Positions 37,491 through 46,962 of a stretch of 64,000 nucleotides of DNA are shown piece after piece. Source of the stretch: Candidatus Binataceae bacterium (GTDB lineage Bacteria > Desulfobacterota > Binatia > Binatales > Binataceae); the NCBI GenBank assembly GCA_030038355.1, contig JASHPB010000273.1, forward strand, positions 85,221 to 149,220. The letters run 5' to 3'. The notes below the pieces were generated by a model. The model saw only the letters and a program-made list of their open reading frames with translations. It ran no database searches and was not told the DNA's origin. Numbering within the stretch: the first letter of the stretch is position 1; every line of letters begins with the position of its first letter. The position numbers and the translations under genes were made by a program.

Positions 37491-38228
37491 ATGGCCGCGA
37501 CGCGCATCGGTACCTCGGGCTTCGCCTACAAGGAATGGCTCGGCAGCTTCTATCCGTTCAAGCTGCCGGCAGCGAAGATGCTGGCGAGTTACGCCGAGCG
37601 GCTTTCAACCGTCGAAATCAACTACACCTTTCAGCGTACCGCGACACGCGAGTTGATCGAGCGCTGGGCTGCGAACACGGCGCCCAACTTCCGCTTCGCG
37701 CTCAAGGCACCGCAGGAGATTACGCATCGGCGCCGGCTCAAGGACGCGGGCGATGCGCTCAAGAAATTTTCCGATGTCGCGCTCACGCTCGGCGATCGGC
37801 TCGGCGCGGTGCTTTTTCAACTGCCGCCGTTTCTGAAATCCGATCTTCCGCTGTTGAAGGATTTTCTCTCGATCGTTCCTGAAGCCATCAACAGCGCCTT
37901 TGAGTTTCGCCACGAGTCATGGCTGAGCGACGCCACCTTCAGCGCGCTCGCCGATCGGAACGCCGCGCTTTGCGTCGCGGAGACCGAGGACCTCGTGACG
38001 CCCCCGGAGCGCACGGCGTCGCACGTTTATCTGCGGCTCAGGCTTGAGACCTACGATGACGCCCCGCTCGAAGACTGGGCGCGCAAGATTCACAAGCTCG
38101 AAGATGGTGCCGACCAAGTGCTCGGATACTTCCGCCATGGCGTCGATGCGCCCGCACTCGCGCTTAAGCTGATCGACAAACTCGGCGCGGTGCCCGCAAA
38201 GACCAGGCGCGCCGCGAAGTCGCGATGA
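37491..38228 (+). CDS. DUF72 (YecE-like) family protein
   Basis: The N-terminus reads IGTSGFAYKEWLGSFYP and the body contains VEINYTF. Both are typical of DUF72. Confidence 0.8.
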   Translation: MAATRIGTSGFAYKEWLGSFYPFKLPAAKMLASYAERLSTVEINYTFQRTATRELIERWAANTAPNFRFALKAPQEITHRRRLKDAGDALKKFSDVALTLGDRLGAVLFQLPPFLKSDLPLLKDFLSIVPEAINSAFEFRHESWLSDATFSALADRNAALCVAETEDLVTPPERTASHVYLRLRLETYDDAPLEDWARKIHKLEDGADQVLGYFRHGVDAPALALKLIDKLGAVPAKTRRAAKSR

Positions 38229-38809
38229 CGCTCCCGCTCGTAACCTGCCGCTACGAGATTCGCCGGGGCGGCGAAGTCGTTGCCCTCGAGCAAGAGACGC
38301 TCGCTGCGAATCGCATCGTTGGCGTGCGGCGCCCGCCTGAGCGGCCCGACAGCTATGAGGTCGAAGCCGACATCAACCCTGACGGGACGGTAGGCCGCAT
38401 TGCGGTGCGTTATAGCCGCGGGCCCTTCGTCCGCAACGCGACCTACGAGGCTGCCGACGATTTTCTTCGCGGCAACGTGAGCGCGCTCGCCGGCCGCAAC
38501 GTGATCACGACCAAGCTCGGGCGTTATCGCGAAGTGGACGCCGACCTGGTGGTCTTTCGCGCGCTCACGATCGCGCATATTCGCGCGCGCGGGCAGACGC
38601 GATGGACCGGCCGCGTCGCGTCGATCGACTCGAACACTCTCGTCGCTGCGACCAACAAGCAGTCATGCCGTCGCGCCGGCGACGATCCGCACAAATGGAT
38701 TTACGAACCGAGGATGGGTGACGTCGAGGAAATTGACATCGATGACGACGGGATGGTGGTGGTGCGGCGCGACAATCGCGGCACCGTGGCGCGCCTCGTC
38801 CGCGACTAA
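38225..38809 (+). CDS. Hypothetical protein
   Basis: A 194-aa ORF whose start overlaps the DUF72 stop by 4 nt (ATGA). No motif was recognised. Confidence 0.6.
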   Translation: MTLPLVTCRYEIRRGGEVVALEQETLAANRIVGVRRPPERPDSYEVEADINPDGTVGRIAVRYSRGPFVRNATYEAADDFLRGNVSALAGRNVITTKLGRYREVDADLVVFRALTIAHIRARGQTRWTGRVASIDSNTLVAATNKQSCRRAGDDPHKWIYEPRMGDVEEIDIDDDGMVVVRRDNRGTVARLVRD

Positions 38810-38816
38810 GCGGGCG

Positions 38817-39158
38817 TCAGGCCGCCTTGCGCGGCATCTTGCAGTCGCCGTCGAACTGCGCGCCTTCGTTCAGCACCAGGCTGGGCGTGCTGATCGTGCA
38901 CTGCACGCGCGCGCTGGCCATCAGCTCGACGCGCTCGCGAGCGCTGATTTCGCCGCTGAAAGACCCCGCGATCGTGACGCGGCTCGCGGCAACCTTGGCG
39001 TTGACGACCGCGCCGCTCGCGACCATCACCTCGTCGCCGGCGATTTCGCCGTCGGCCTCGCCCTCGATTTTCACGGCGCCGCGGAAGGTGAGCTTGCCAG
39101 AAGCCTTGGTGCCTTTGCCAATGCGTGATTCGAAATGATCGTCGCTTTCGGATGCCAT
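38817..39158 (-). CDS. Bactofilin family protein
   Basis: A 113-aa ORF. It shows the beta-helical pattern typical of bactofilin (DUF583) cores: short repeats rich in G, V and A. Confidence 0.75.
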   Translation of the reverse strand: MASESDDHFESRIGKGTKASGKLTFRGAVKIEGEADGEIAGDEVMVASGAVVNAKVAASRVTIAGSFSGEISARERVELMASARVQCTISTPSLVLNEGAQFDGDCKMPRKAA

Positions 39159-39315
39159 AATTCAAATTGCCTTTCGGCGTTTGGCGTCACACTATTGCTG
39201 GGAAGATTGAAGCGCAATTGGACTTGCCGTTAACGTTGCGTAAACGTGGTCTTCGCACATCAAACGTGTCGCTGCTTATCAATGCGTAAAAAAATATTTC
39301 CCGGAGTCGGCTAGA

Positions 39316-41226
39316 ATGAATCGTGAGTATGGCCCTGAGCGCCTCGCCGGACAAGGTCTCGACTCGAATCAGTATGAATCAGGCGACCGCGCGATTCTCG
39401 CGCTGCTCGACGGCACTCGCGCGCGTGACGAGGTCGATCTCGTGGCGACTTGGCGCAACGGCGCCTACGAAATCTGGTCGCGCCGCGGCATGATTCGTTT
39501 CAAGCGCACGATCGATGACCACGGCGAACTGCAATTCGAGACCATCGAGCGTTTCGGCGAAAACCCCGTCGCCAACCAGGATCCCTTCGCCATCTCCACG
39601 ATCGAAGAGGAAATCGACGGCGCACGCCGAAGCGGCCATCCGACCGAGGACGCGAACCGAGCATTCCTCGAGCCGCAAGCGATCACTCACCCATATGCGC
39701 TCGAACGTATCGCGCAGGTATTCGACAGTCCGCGCGGCCCCGATTTGATCGTGAGCCCCAAGGCGTTCACTTATGGCATCCAGCCCGGGCAGCACGGCGC
39801 GCTCGATGTCGTCCAGTCGCGCGCGCCGCTTATCTTCAGCGGCCCAGGCGTGCGGCTGGGAAGTGTCAAGCTCATGGCGCGCCATGTCGATGTGGCGCCG
39901 ACGATCGCGGAACTCCTCGACTTTCCGAAGATCGAGGGACACGACGCGGCCGGTCGTCCCGCCCAAGTTTACCTGAAGCGCCAGGACGGCCGTGCCCTCG
40001 ATGAGATCGCAGACTCATCCGCCGCGCGCGCCGAGCGTGTCTACATGATCCTGCTCGACGGCCTCTCGCATTCCGAACTCGTCTATCAACTCAGCAATAA
40101 CGTCGCTTCGATTCCGAATCTCGCCACGCTGGTCGATCGCGGTGCGATGCTTTCGCATGGATCGATAGTCAACTTCCCCAGCATCACGTGGCCGAGCCAT
40201 TCGACGATTCTGACCGGCGCATGGTGCGGTCATCACGATGTCGTCAACCCGACATTCCACCTCCGCGAGCATCGCGAGACCGTTCCGATCCAGGGCAACA
40301 TCTTCGAAACCGAGCGCTTCCTGAACTCCGCTGTCGAAACACTCTACGAGATGTTCAAGCGGGTGAAGGGCGCGGGAGCCATTACCGCGTCGATTCACGA
40401 GCCCCAGGGGCGCGGCGCCGATCATGCCGTTTTCGAGCGACGAATCGTCGGCGACAAGGTTCGACTCAAGGCGCTCACCCAGCAGATGAGCGGCGACATC
40501 AGCCCGCGCTGGATGGCCGACGACAATCCTAACCTGCGGCGCGAGGAAGTGGTCGATATCCGGGGGATGGCGCAGGTGCGCGTGCTGTTCGAGCATTGCG
40601 GCGACAATCCGCCCGTGTTCGTCGCGCACGAGTTCGTTCTCACCGATGGCGCCGGCCACGACTACGGCCCGCATCACGAGGGCTTGCGCGAGGCTCTCTA
40701 TCGCACCGACCGACGCATCGGAGAGCTGTTCGAGATGCTCCGCGCGCGCGGACTCTTCGAGAGCACGCTGTTCGTGGTCACCTCTGATCACGGGATGGCG
40801 GCGCAGCAGGTCGAGCTGAAAGCGAATCCCGCGGCTGAGCCAGCCGCAATCGGAATGAAGGGCGTCTTCGCCGAGCCGATGATTTATTTGCGTGACCTTG
40901 CACTCGAAATCGAACGCGCACGCGACCTTCGAAGCATTCGTGTGACCGTCATGGACAACGATCATCTCCCCGATGGGGAGCATCCGCCGTTGAACGGCGC
41001 GCGCGTTGTGCTCGAGCGCGCAGACGGACGCGTGCTCGCCGAGGCGACGACGTCGGTCGAGGGCCGCGTCGCGTTCGCTACGCCGGCGGATCTCAGCGAT
41101 CGCGAGTTGCGAATCGTCGTTGAGCATGAGGATTTCAACTCGCGCCATGTGCGCGGCGACGGCGCATCGCTGCATGAAGATATCCGCCGCATTCTCTACG
41201 GCGCGGGCGGTGCGGTGCGAGCATGA
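39316..41226 (+). CDS. Alkaline-phosphatase-superfamily nucleotide pyrophosphatase/phosphodiesterase with an extra N-terminal segment
   Basis: The phosphodiesterase core is present: YMILLDGLSH...ITWPSHSTILTGAWCGHHDVV...TSDHGM. Residues 1 to about 230 resemble the C-terminal half of an alkaline-phosphatase-fold domain (APLIFSGPGVRLGSVKLMARHVDVAPTIAELLDF). Confidence 0.8.
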   Translation: MNREYGPERLAGQGLDSNQYESGDRAILALLDGTRARDEVDLVATWRNGAYEIWSRRGMIRFKRTIDDHGELQFETIERFGENPVANQDPFAISTIEEEIDGARRSGHPTEDANRAFLEPQAITHPYALERIAQVFDSPRGPDLIVSPKAFTYGIQPGQHGALDVVQSRAPLIFSGPGVRLGSVKLMARHVDVAPTIAELLDFPKIEGHDAAGRPAQVYLKRQDGRALDEIADSSAARAERVYMILLDGLSHSELVYQLSNNVASIPNLATLVDRGAMLSHGSIVNFPSITWPSHSTILTGAWCGHHDVVNPTFHLREHRETVPIQGNIFETERFLNSAVETLYEMFKRVKGAGAITASIHEPQGRGADHAVFERRIVGDKVRLKALTQQMSGDISPRWMADDNPNLRREEVVDIRGMAQVRVLFEHCGDNPPVFVAHEFVLTDGAGHDYGPHHEGLREALYRTDRRIGELFEMLRARGLFESTLFVVTSDHGMAAQQVELKANPAAEPAAIGMKGVFAEPMIYLRDLALEIERARDLRSIRVTVMDNDHLPDGEHPPLNGARVVLERADGRVLAEATTSVEGRVAFATPADLSDRELRIVVEHEDFNSRHVRGDGASLHEDIRRILYGAGGAVRA

Positions 41227-41268
41227 GCGCACGTTTTCACCGCGCCGATTCGTGGTAAGCTCGCGCCC

Positions 41269-42048
41269 ATGCTCGACCTGAAAGGCAAAGCCGCAATCGT
41301 GACCGGCGGTACGCGCGGCCTCGGCCGCGCGATTTCCATTGAACTTGCGAAGCTCGGCGCGACCGTCGCGATGAACTATCGGCGCGACGAAGCAAGCGCC
41401 GAAAGCGCGCTCCGCGACGTGCGCGCGCTCTCGGCCAAATCAATTCTGATAAAAGCTAACCTCGAGGAAGACGGCGAGGTGCGCGCCATGGTCGCCGAGG
41501 CTGTCCGCGAGATGGGCCGGCTCGACATCCTGATCGCCAACGCGGCGGCGACCGCGTTCAAGCCTCTCCTCGAGATGAAGCCGCACAATCTCGCTCGCAC
41601 CTTCGCGCTCAGCGTCAACGGCTTCGTCGCCGCCGTGCAGGAAGCGACCAAGACGATGGGCCAGGGCGGCAGAATCCTGATGATCTCGGGAATCGATTCG
41701 ATCCGGAATCTGCCGCTCCATGGCGCGCTCGCCGCCGCCAAGGCCGCCCTGGAAGCCATGGTGCGCGACTTCGCGTTCGAGCTGGGGCCGCGCGGGATCA
41801 CCGTCAATGGCCTCAACTGCGGCTATATCGATACCGATTCCTCGCGTTACTACGCCGAAAAGCTGGGTGACACCTACGAGGAATTCAGCCGCCGATCGCG
41901 CGATCGATGCGCGCTGAAGCGCCTGCCGCGCCTCGAGGAGGTCGCGAGCGTGGCGGCGCTGCTGTGCCTGCCCGCGACCAGCTACCTGACGGCGCAGACG
42001 ATCATGGTTGACGGCGGCTTGAGTCTCGCCTTCCCCGCCACGCCTTAA
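41269..42048 (+). CDS. SDR-family oxidoreductase, FabI-like with H-x6-K spacing
   Basis: The cofactor-binding motif TGGTRGLGRA is present. The catalytic region reads LHGALAAAKAA. This places His where FabI-type enzymes have Tyr in the Y-x6-K motif. Confidence 0.85.
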   Translation: MLDLKGKAAIVTGGTRGLGRAISIELAKLGATVAMNYRRDEASAESALRDVRALSAKSILIKANLEEDGEVRAMVAEAVREMGRLDILIANAAATAFKPLLEMKPHNLARTFALSVNGFVAAVQEATKTMGQGGRILMISGIDSIRNLPLHGALAAAKAALEAMVRDFAFELGPRGITVNGLNCGYIDTDSSRYYAEKLGDTYEEFSRRSRDRCALKRLPRLEEVASVAALLCLPATSYLTAQTIMVDGGLSLAFPATP

Positions 42049-42142
42049 GAGAATCCGCCAGGCTGAGCTCTTTGTCATCAGACCGAAGGTCGCCCGAGTC
42101 GGGATCTTATTCGTCCCGCTTCACAACGAGTCCGGCGATCCT

Positions 42143-42298
42143 CTTGGCCGCTATCCTGAGCGAGCGCTGCGCGAGTCGAAAGATCCCCACGATCACCTTG
42201 CGTCACCCTTCAGCGTTGGCGAACGTACCACTCGAAAAAGCTGTGCTTTTTCGACTCCGTTCGCGGACTCGCTTGGCTCACAATGACGGAAAAAGACT
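42143..42298. repeat. MITE-like repeat, copy 2 (diverged)
   Basis: It shares TATCCTGAGCG...GAGTCGAAAGATC and ...TTCGACTCCGTTCG..CTCGCTTGGCTCACAATGAC with copy 1. It also carries a perfect hairpin, TCGAAAAAGC-TGT-GCTTTTTCGA, at about 42232-42254. Confidence 0.4.
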
Positions 42299-42318
42299 AA
42301 GCGCTTCTCTAGCGCCGG

Positions 42319-42347
42319 TGGGCGTCCGCGCCCGCTCTTTTTAGGCT
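42319..42347 (+). terminator. Intrinsic-terminator-like hairpin GGGCG-TCCG-CGCCC followed by GCTCTTTTT
   Basis: A GC-rich stem with a T-run on the plus strand. It lies 10 nt beyond the stop of the convergent minus-strand gene 42355..43125, so it may act as a bidirectional terminator. Confidence 0.4.
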
Positions 42348-42354
42348 CGCCGCG

Positions 42355-43125
42355 TTACGCTGCGGGCGTTATCTTGATGCGGATATTGCCCCACTTGCCG
42401 ATCGCGCCCTGGCCATGGCAGGAGACGCTGCCCTTACCGGGCGCGATGTCCTTTTCGCTCATGAGGCCGAGCGCGAGGATACACGCGCCGAGCTTGAACG
42501 GCACGTTCGAGTAGCGGCGAAGTTCGCTTCCGTCCGCAAGAAAGGTCACGCGCTCGGCGGGCGAGTCATAGATGATCTCGAAATGATGAAGTTGGCCGGG
42601 TGTCGTGGTTCCGCGCGTCTCTTCGAACAGACAGAAGTTACGCGGGCCGTGAGTCGGATCGACGATCGGCACTCCGGGGAAAGGCAGCTTGCCGTACACC
42701 GTGGCGAGCACGTCGTTGCCGACAAAGAAATCGAGCGCGGCGCCGGTCGAAAAATCCAGCACGTTGAACGACACGAAGGCGTCGTAGAGATCGCCGGGAG
42801 CGTTCTTCACGATCGTCGCGGCGAGATCGACCGAAAATGAAATTTTGCCACCCGGCGGACATGCGAAAGTGCGCGTCGAGAAGTACATGTGCTTGGCGTT
42901 GTCGAGGAATTGGACGGTGCTGTGCCCGCGCGTGTACGGCACGGCGGCCACACGCAGGAAACCGTCCTGCACGATGACGACGGCATCCGGCTCCTGGTAG
43001 CGCCAAAAGCCGCCATCCGGCTCCGGGAATCCGCCGATCGTCCAATCTCCCTCGCCGGTTATCGCCGAGGCGAAATTGCCGTAGTCGATGGTTTCTTCGC
43101 AGGATGAAGTCCGCTTATCGCTCAT
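42355..43125 (-). CDS. Hypothetical protein
   Basis: A 256-aa ORF, apparently soluble (MSDKRTSSCEETIDYGNF...). No motif was recognised. Confidence 0.65.
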   Translation of the reverse strand: MSDKRTSSCEETIDYGNFASAITGEGDWTIGGFPEPDGGFWRYQEPDAVVIVQDGFLRVAAVPYTRGHSTVQFLDNAKHMYFSTRTFACPPGGKISFSVDLAATIVKNAPGDLYDAFVSFNVLDFSTGAALDFFVGNDVLATVYGKLPFPGVPIVDPTHGPRNFCLFEETRGTTTPGQLHHFEIIYDSPAERVTFLADGSELRRYSNVPFKLGACILALGLMSEKDIAPGKGSVSCHGQGAIGKWGNIRIKITPAA

Positions 43126-43283
43126 GAAATATTCCGAATGACTAAACAGATTTGCGCCTAAGGCGGCGCGCGCGCCGCATCAGCGACGAAACCATGCGGG
43201 CTCGCCGCGCGCAAGTGTTCAATTTCGAATTGCTTACTCTGCAGCCCGCTGCTTCACTGCGCCAGTTCAGTTATATGACCTAA

Positions 43284-44066
43284 ATGGCGCTCTACGACCG
43301 GATTGGGATTGGTTACGACGGTACACGCCGTGCCGATCCGTATCTGCTCTCGCGCATCCTGCACCACCTCGCGCCGCGTCGCGACGCGCGTTACCTCGAC
43401 GTCGGCTCAGGTACCGGCAATTACACAATCGCGATGCGGCGGGCGGGAGTTCCGATCTGCGGCGTCGAATTATCGTCCACCATGCTCGAGCGCGCCCGCG
43501 CGAAGTCACGTGAGGTGTCGTGGTTCAACGGCAACGTGCTGGCACTGCCGTTTCGCGATCGCGTCTTTGCCGGCGCGACGATGACTTTCGTCCATCACCA
43601 CCTTGGAGACCACGCGGTTGCGGGCTTCCGCGAGATTGTCCGCCTGCTGGCTCCCGGGGCGCGATTCGTCTTGCTCAACGCCACGGCGGAGCAACTTCGT
43701 CATTACTGGTTGCTCGAGTATTTTCCGAAAACTTGTGCTGAATCGAACGCGCCCTACGAAAAGCTCAACACGGTCGAGGCGCTCACCCGCGCAGGATTCA
43801 GGTTTGTTGCAGAGGAAAAGTACGACGTCGCCGAGGACTTACAGGACTGGTTCATGTATTGCGGCAAGCATCATCCGGAGCGCTATCTCGATCCGCGAGT
43901 GCGATCCGGAATTTCAGGCTTCGCGAACGCGACCGACCAAGGCGAGATCGTGCGGGGGCTGGAGCGCCTCGCCGACGATATCAAGAGCCGACGAATCGCC
44001 GCGGTGATGCGCAAGTATGCGTGGGACGGCGGCGACTACATGTTCACGATCGGCGCGAAACCGTGA
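43284..44066 (+). CDS. Class I SAM-dependent methyltransferase
   Basis: The SAM-binding motif YLDVGSGTGNYT is present. The ORF is 260 aa. Confidence 0.85.
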   Translation: MALYDRIGIGYDGTRRADPYLLSRILHHLAPRRDARYLDVGSGTGNYTIAMRRAGVPICGVELSSTMLERARAKSREVSWFNGNVLALPFRDRVFAGATMTFVHHHLGDHAVAGFREIVRLLAPGARFVLLNATAEQLRHYWLLEYFPKTCAESNAPYEKLNTVEALTRAGFRFVAEEKYDVAEDLQDWFMYCGKHHPERYLDPRVRSGISGFANATDQGEIVRGLERLADDIKSRRIAAVMRKYAWDGGDYMFTIGAKP

Positions 44067-44855
44067 CTAGACGCGGGCGCGCAGGCCGCCGTCGACGGCG
44101 ATCGATTCTCCGGTAACGAAGCTCGAGGCGGACGACACCAGATAAATCAGCGCGCCGCCAAGCTCCTCCGGCTTGATCAGCTTGTTGTCGGGCAGGTACT
44201 TGAGGAGGGTTTTCCCGAACTCAGCATCCTTCGCTGCCACGCTCGATTCGTCGTCGAGCCATCCCGCTTCGAGCGCGTTGACGCGAATTCCACGCCGCGC
44301 CCATTCGAGCGCGAGTGCGCGCGTGAGATTCAAAACTCCCGCCTTCGCCGCGCAATAGAGAACAGCGTTGGGGACGCCGCGCTCTGCGAGCACGGAAGTG
44401 ATGTTAACGATCGAGCCGCTGCCCTGCTTGAGCATCACGCGCCCGCCCTCCTGGCACGCCATCCACACCGTCTTCAGATTGTTCTCGATAATGCGCTCGA
44501 AGCTGGTGTCGTCCGCCTCTTCTGCCGGCCCGAAGGCCGGCACGTCGAGCGCGTTGACAAGAATATGCAGGCCGCCAAGCTCATTGACGGCAAGATCCGC
44601 GGTGGCGCTCAGTTCGGCGCGGATCGCGGCGTTCTGCGTGCGAGTAGTCGTCTTGTTTCCGTTCGCGGCCTGGATTGCCTTGGCGACTTCCTTGAGCGCC
44701 TTGTCGGTGCCCGGCTCCTGCGAAGCGACCAGCAGCTTGGCGCCCGCCTCGGCCAGCGCGACGGCAGCGGCGCCGCCGACGGCGCTCTCGGCGCCGATTA
44801 CCAATGCGCACTTCCCTTCGAGTGAAAATCCATCGAGTACGTTGCCGGATGCCAT
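44067..44855 (-). CDS. SDR-family oxidoreductase
   Basis: A canonical YCAAK (YxxxK) motif. The NAD-binding motif is degenerate (IGAESAVGGA). Confidence 0.9.
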   Translation of the reverse strand: MASGNVLDGFSLEGKCALVIGAESAVGGAAAVALAEAGAKLLVASQEPGTDKALKEVAKAIQAANGNKTTTRTQNAAIRAELSATADLAVNELGGLHILVNALDVPAFGPAEEADDTSFERIIENNLKTVWMACQEGGRVMLKQGSGSIVNITSVLAERGVPNAVLYCAAKAGVLNLTRALALEWARRGIRVNALEAGWLDDESSVAAKDAEFGKTLLKYLPDNKLIKPEELGGALIYLVSSASSFVTGESIAVDGGLRARV

Positions 44856-44872
44856 ATATTGGTGACCGAGGC

Positions 44873-45676
44873 TCAGTGACTTGAAGGCGGTACTACGCCA
44901 GTTGGTGAGATGCCGCCGGCGAGGCCACCGCCGTCGATGGCGATGAATTCGCCGGTGATGTGATTCGAGGCGTCGGCGGCGAGGAAGATCGCCAGCGGTC
45001 CGAGCTCAGCGTCCTCGCCCAGGCGGCCGACCGGGATGAACTTGCCACCCTTGAAAAACTTCATCATCTGTTCGTTCTCGCCGCCGTGCGGAAAAATCCC
45101 GGGCACGATGCAGTTCGCCTGGATGTTGTGCTGCGCGTAAGTGAGCGCGAGCGTCCGTGTCAGCTGGATCACGCCGCCCTTGGCACAGACATACATGTAG
45201 TTGTGCTTGCCGCCGCGAAGACCGTAGCCGGACGACAAATTGATTATTTTGCCACGTTGCTGTTTGACCATCTGTGGCAGCACGGCGCGGCAGGCGTAGA
45301 ACTGGCTCGAGAGGTTGGTGTCGAGGCCGCGGCGCCATTCGGCGTCGGTGATCTGCTCGATCGGCCTGGCGGCGGAATCGTCACCCCCGCCCGCGTTGTT
45401 AACCAGGATATCGAGGCGGCCGAATTCCTTGATCGCAGCCGCCGCCATCGCATTGACCTGCTCCGAGTTGGTCACGTCGGTCGGAACGATCAGGCATTTG
45501 CGCCCAGTCTGCTTCACTTCGGCTGCCGTCTGCTCGAGCTGCGCCTGGGTGCGCGACGCCGCGACGATATCCGCGCCGGCCTCGGCGAATGTCACCGCCA
45601 TGGCGCGCCCGAGTCCGCGGCCAGCACCGGTGATGAGCGCGATTTTGCCGTCGAGCTTGAGAGAATCCAGGATCAT
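44873..45676 (-). CDS. SDR-family oxidoreductase
   Basis: The start is at MILDSLKLDGK. Motifs TGAGRGLGRA, NNAG and YVCAK are present. Confidence 0.9.
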   Translation of the reverse strand: MILDSLKLDGKIALITGAGRGLGRAMAVTFAEAGADIVAASRTQAQLEQTAAEVKQTGRKCLIVPTDVTNSEQVNAMAAAAIKEFGRLDILVNNAGGGDDSAARPIEQITDAEWRRGLDTNLSSQFYACRAVLPQMVKQQRGKIINLSSGYGLRGGKHNYMYVCAKGGVIQLTRTLALTYAQHNIQANCIVPGIFPHGGENEQMMKFFKGGKFIPVGRLGEDAELGPLAIFLAADASNHITGEFIAIDGGGLAGGISPTGVVPPSSH

Positions 45677-45838
45677 CGTCCACCTCGGAAAGGAAGCGTG
45701 TGGTGACGCTCCCATTTAAGGTAACTAACACAGCCACGCGCGTTCGGAAAATCGAGCGCGGTGCGGCGGCGTCGGCGTCGATAGTGCTTTTGACGGCGCG
45801 GCGCGGCCGCCTGTATTGTGGCGGAAGGAGAGTCCGCT

Positions 45839-46468
45839 ATGGCGTTCAAAATCGCAATGTTCTCCGATTTTATCTGCCCATTTTGCTTCATCGGTTTCGA
45901 AGTCGTGCGCCAGCTTAAGCCCGAGTTCGATTTCGAGCTGCAATGGCGCGGCTTCCAGATTCATCCCGATTGGCCGGCCGAGGGAATCGCGCCCGAGCGT
46001 GCGATGCCCGGCGCGGAAGCTGACTCGCGCAAAGCCGCCTGGCAACGCATCACGGAAATGGCGACCTCCGTTGGCCTCACGATGAAACCGCCGTCGGTGT
46101 TCACCAACTCGCGAAGCGCGCTGCTGATCGGCGAGCACGCGAACGACGCTGGCTGCGCCGACGCGTTCGAAGAGCGCGTTTATCGTGCGTACTTCCAGGA
46201 GGGCGCGAATATTGGCGACCCCGAAGTCATCGTTGCGCTCGCAGCCCAGGTGGGAATCGATCGCGACGCTGCGACCTCAGCACTCAAATCGCCGAAGTAC
46301 GAGCTCCGCCTGAAGAACAACGCGCTCTTTGCCAATCAGCGCGGCGTTGATGGCGTGCCAACCTTCTTCATCGGCGAGTATGCGCTTCGCGGCGCGCAGT
46401 CACCCGAAACGATGCGCAAGGTTCTAAAGCGGGCGAGCGAAGTCTTCGCCAACCCGGAGAGTCGCTAG
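45839..46468 (+). CDS. DsbA-family thiol-disulfide oxidoreductase (FrnE-like)
   Basis: The start is at MAFKIAMF, with a GGAAGGAGAG Shine-Dalgarno. The active site reads CPFC. Confidence 0.8.
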   Translation: MAFKIAMFSDFICPFCFIGFEVVRQLKPEFDFELQWRGFQIHPDWPAEGIAPERAMPGAEADSRKAAWQRITEMATSVGLTMKPPSVFTNSRSALLIGEHANDAGCADAFEERVYRAYFQEGANIGDPEVIVALAAQVGIDRDAATSALKSPKYELRLKNNALFANQRGVDGVPTFFIGEYALRGAQSPETMRKVLKRASEVFANPESR

Positions 46469-46491
46469 CGAAAGCGTTGGGGAGCGACGAG

Positions 46492-46962
46492 ATGGCAAAA
46501 TCACTCGAGCAGCGGATCCAGGTACTCGAAGATCGCGACGCGATCAAGGAACTCACGGCGAAATATTGCTGGCACGTCTCGCACGGCGAGGGCGAAGCGG
46601 TCGCGCACCTGTTCACCGATGACGGCGTGCTCGAAATCACCGGAGGCGACACGGCTCCGGTGCGTGGAAAGGATGCTCTGCTCAAGTTTTATCGCGCGTC
46701 GGTGCGGGAGCCCGAGGCCGCTATTCCATTCATTCAGAATCACATAATCGTGGTCGAAGGCGACGAGGCGCACGGCAGCTGTGGGATCGAGGCGCGCTTC
46801 ACGCGCAACGGCGAGAGTGTAACCGCAGCCGGCTATTACCAAGATCGGTACCGACGCGTGAACGGCGACTGGCGCTTCGTCCAGCGCAAGATTTTTTTCC
46901 ATCATGTCGTGCCGCTCAAGCAGGGATGGGCCGAGTCGAAGGGGCAGAGCCGCCGGCCGTAA
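46492..46962 (+). CDS. NTF2-like (SnoaL-type) family protein
   Basis: The start is at MAKSLEQ. NTF2-like motifs are present: LFTDDGVLE...YQDRYRRVNGDWRF. Confidence 0.7.
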   Translation: MAKSLEQRIQVLEDRDAIKELTAKYCWHVSHGEGEAVAHLFTDDGVLEITGGDTAPVRGKDALLKFYRASVREPEAAIPFIQNHIIVVEGDEAHGSCGIEARFTRNGESVTAAGYYQDRYRRVNGDWRFVQRKIFFHHVVPLKQGWAESKGQSRRP

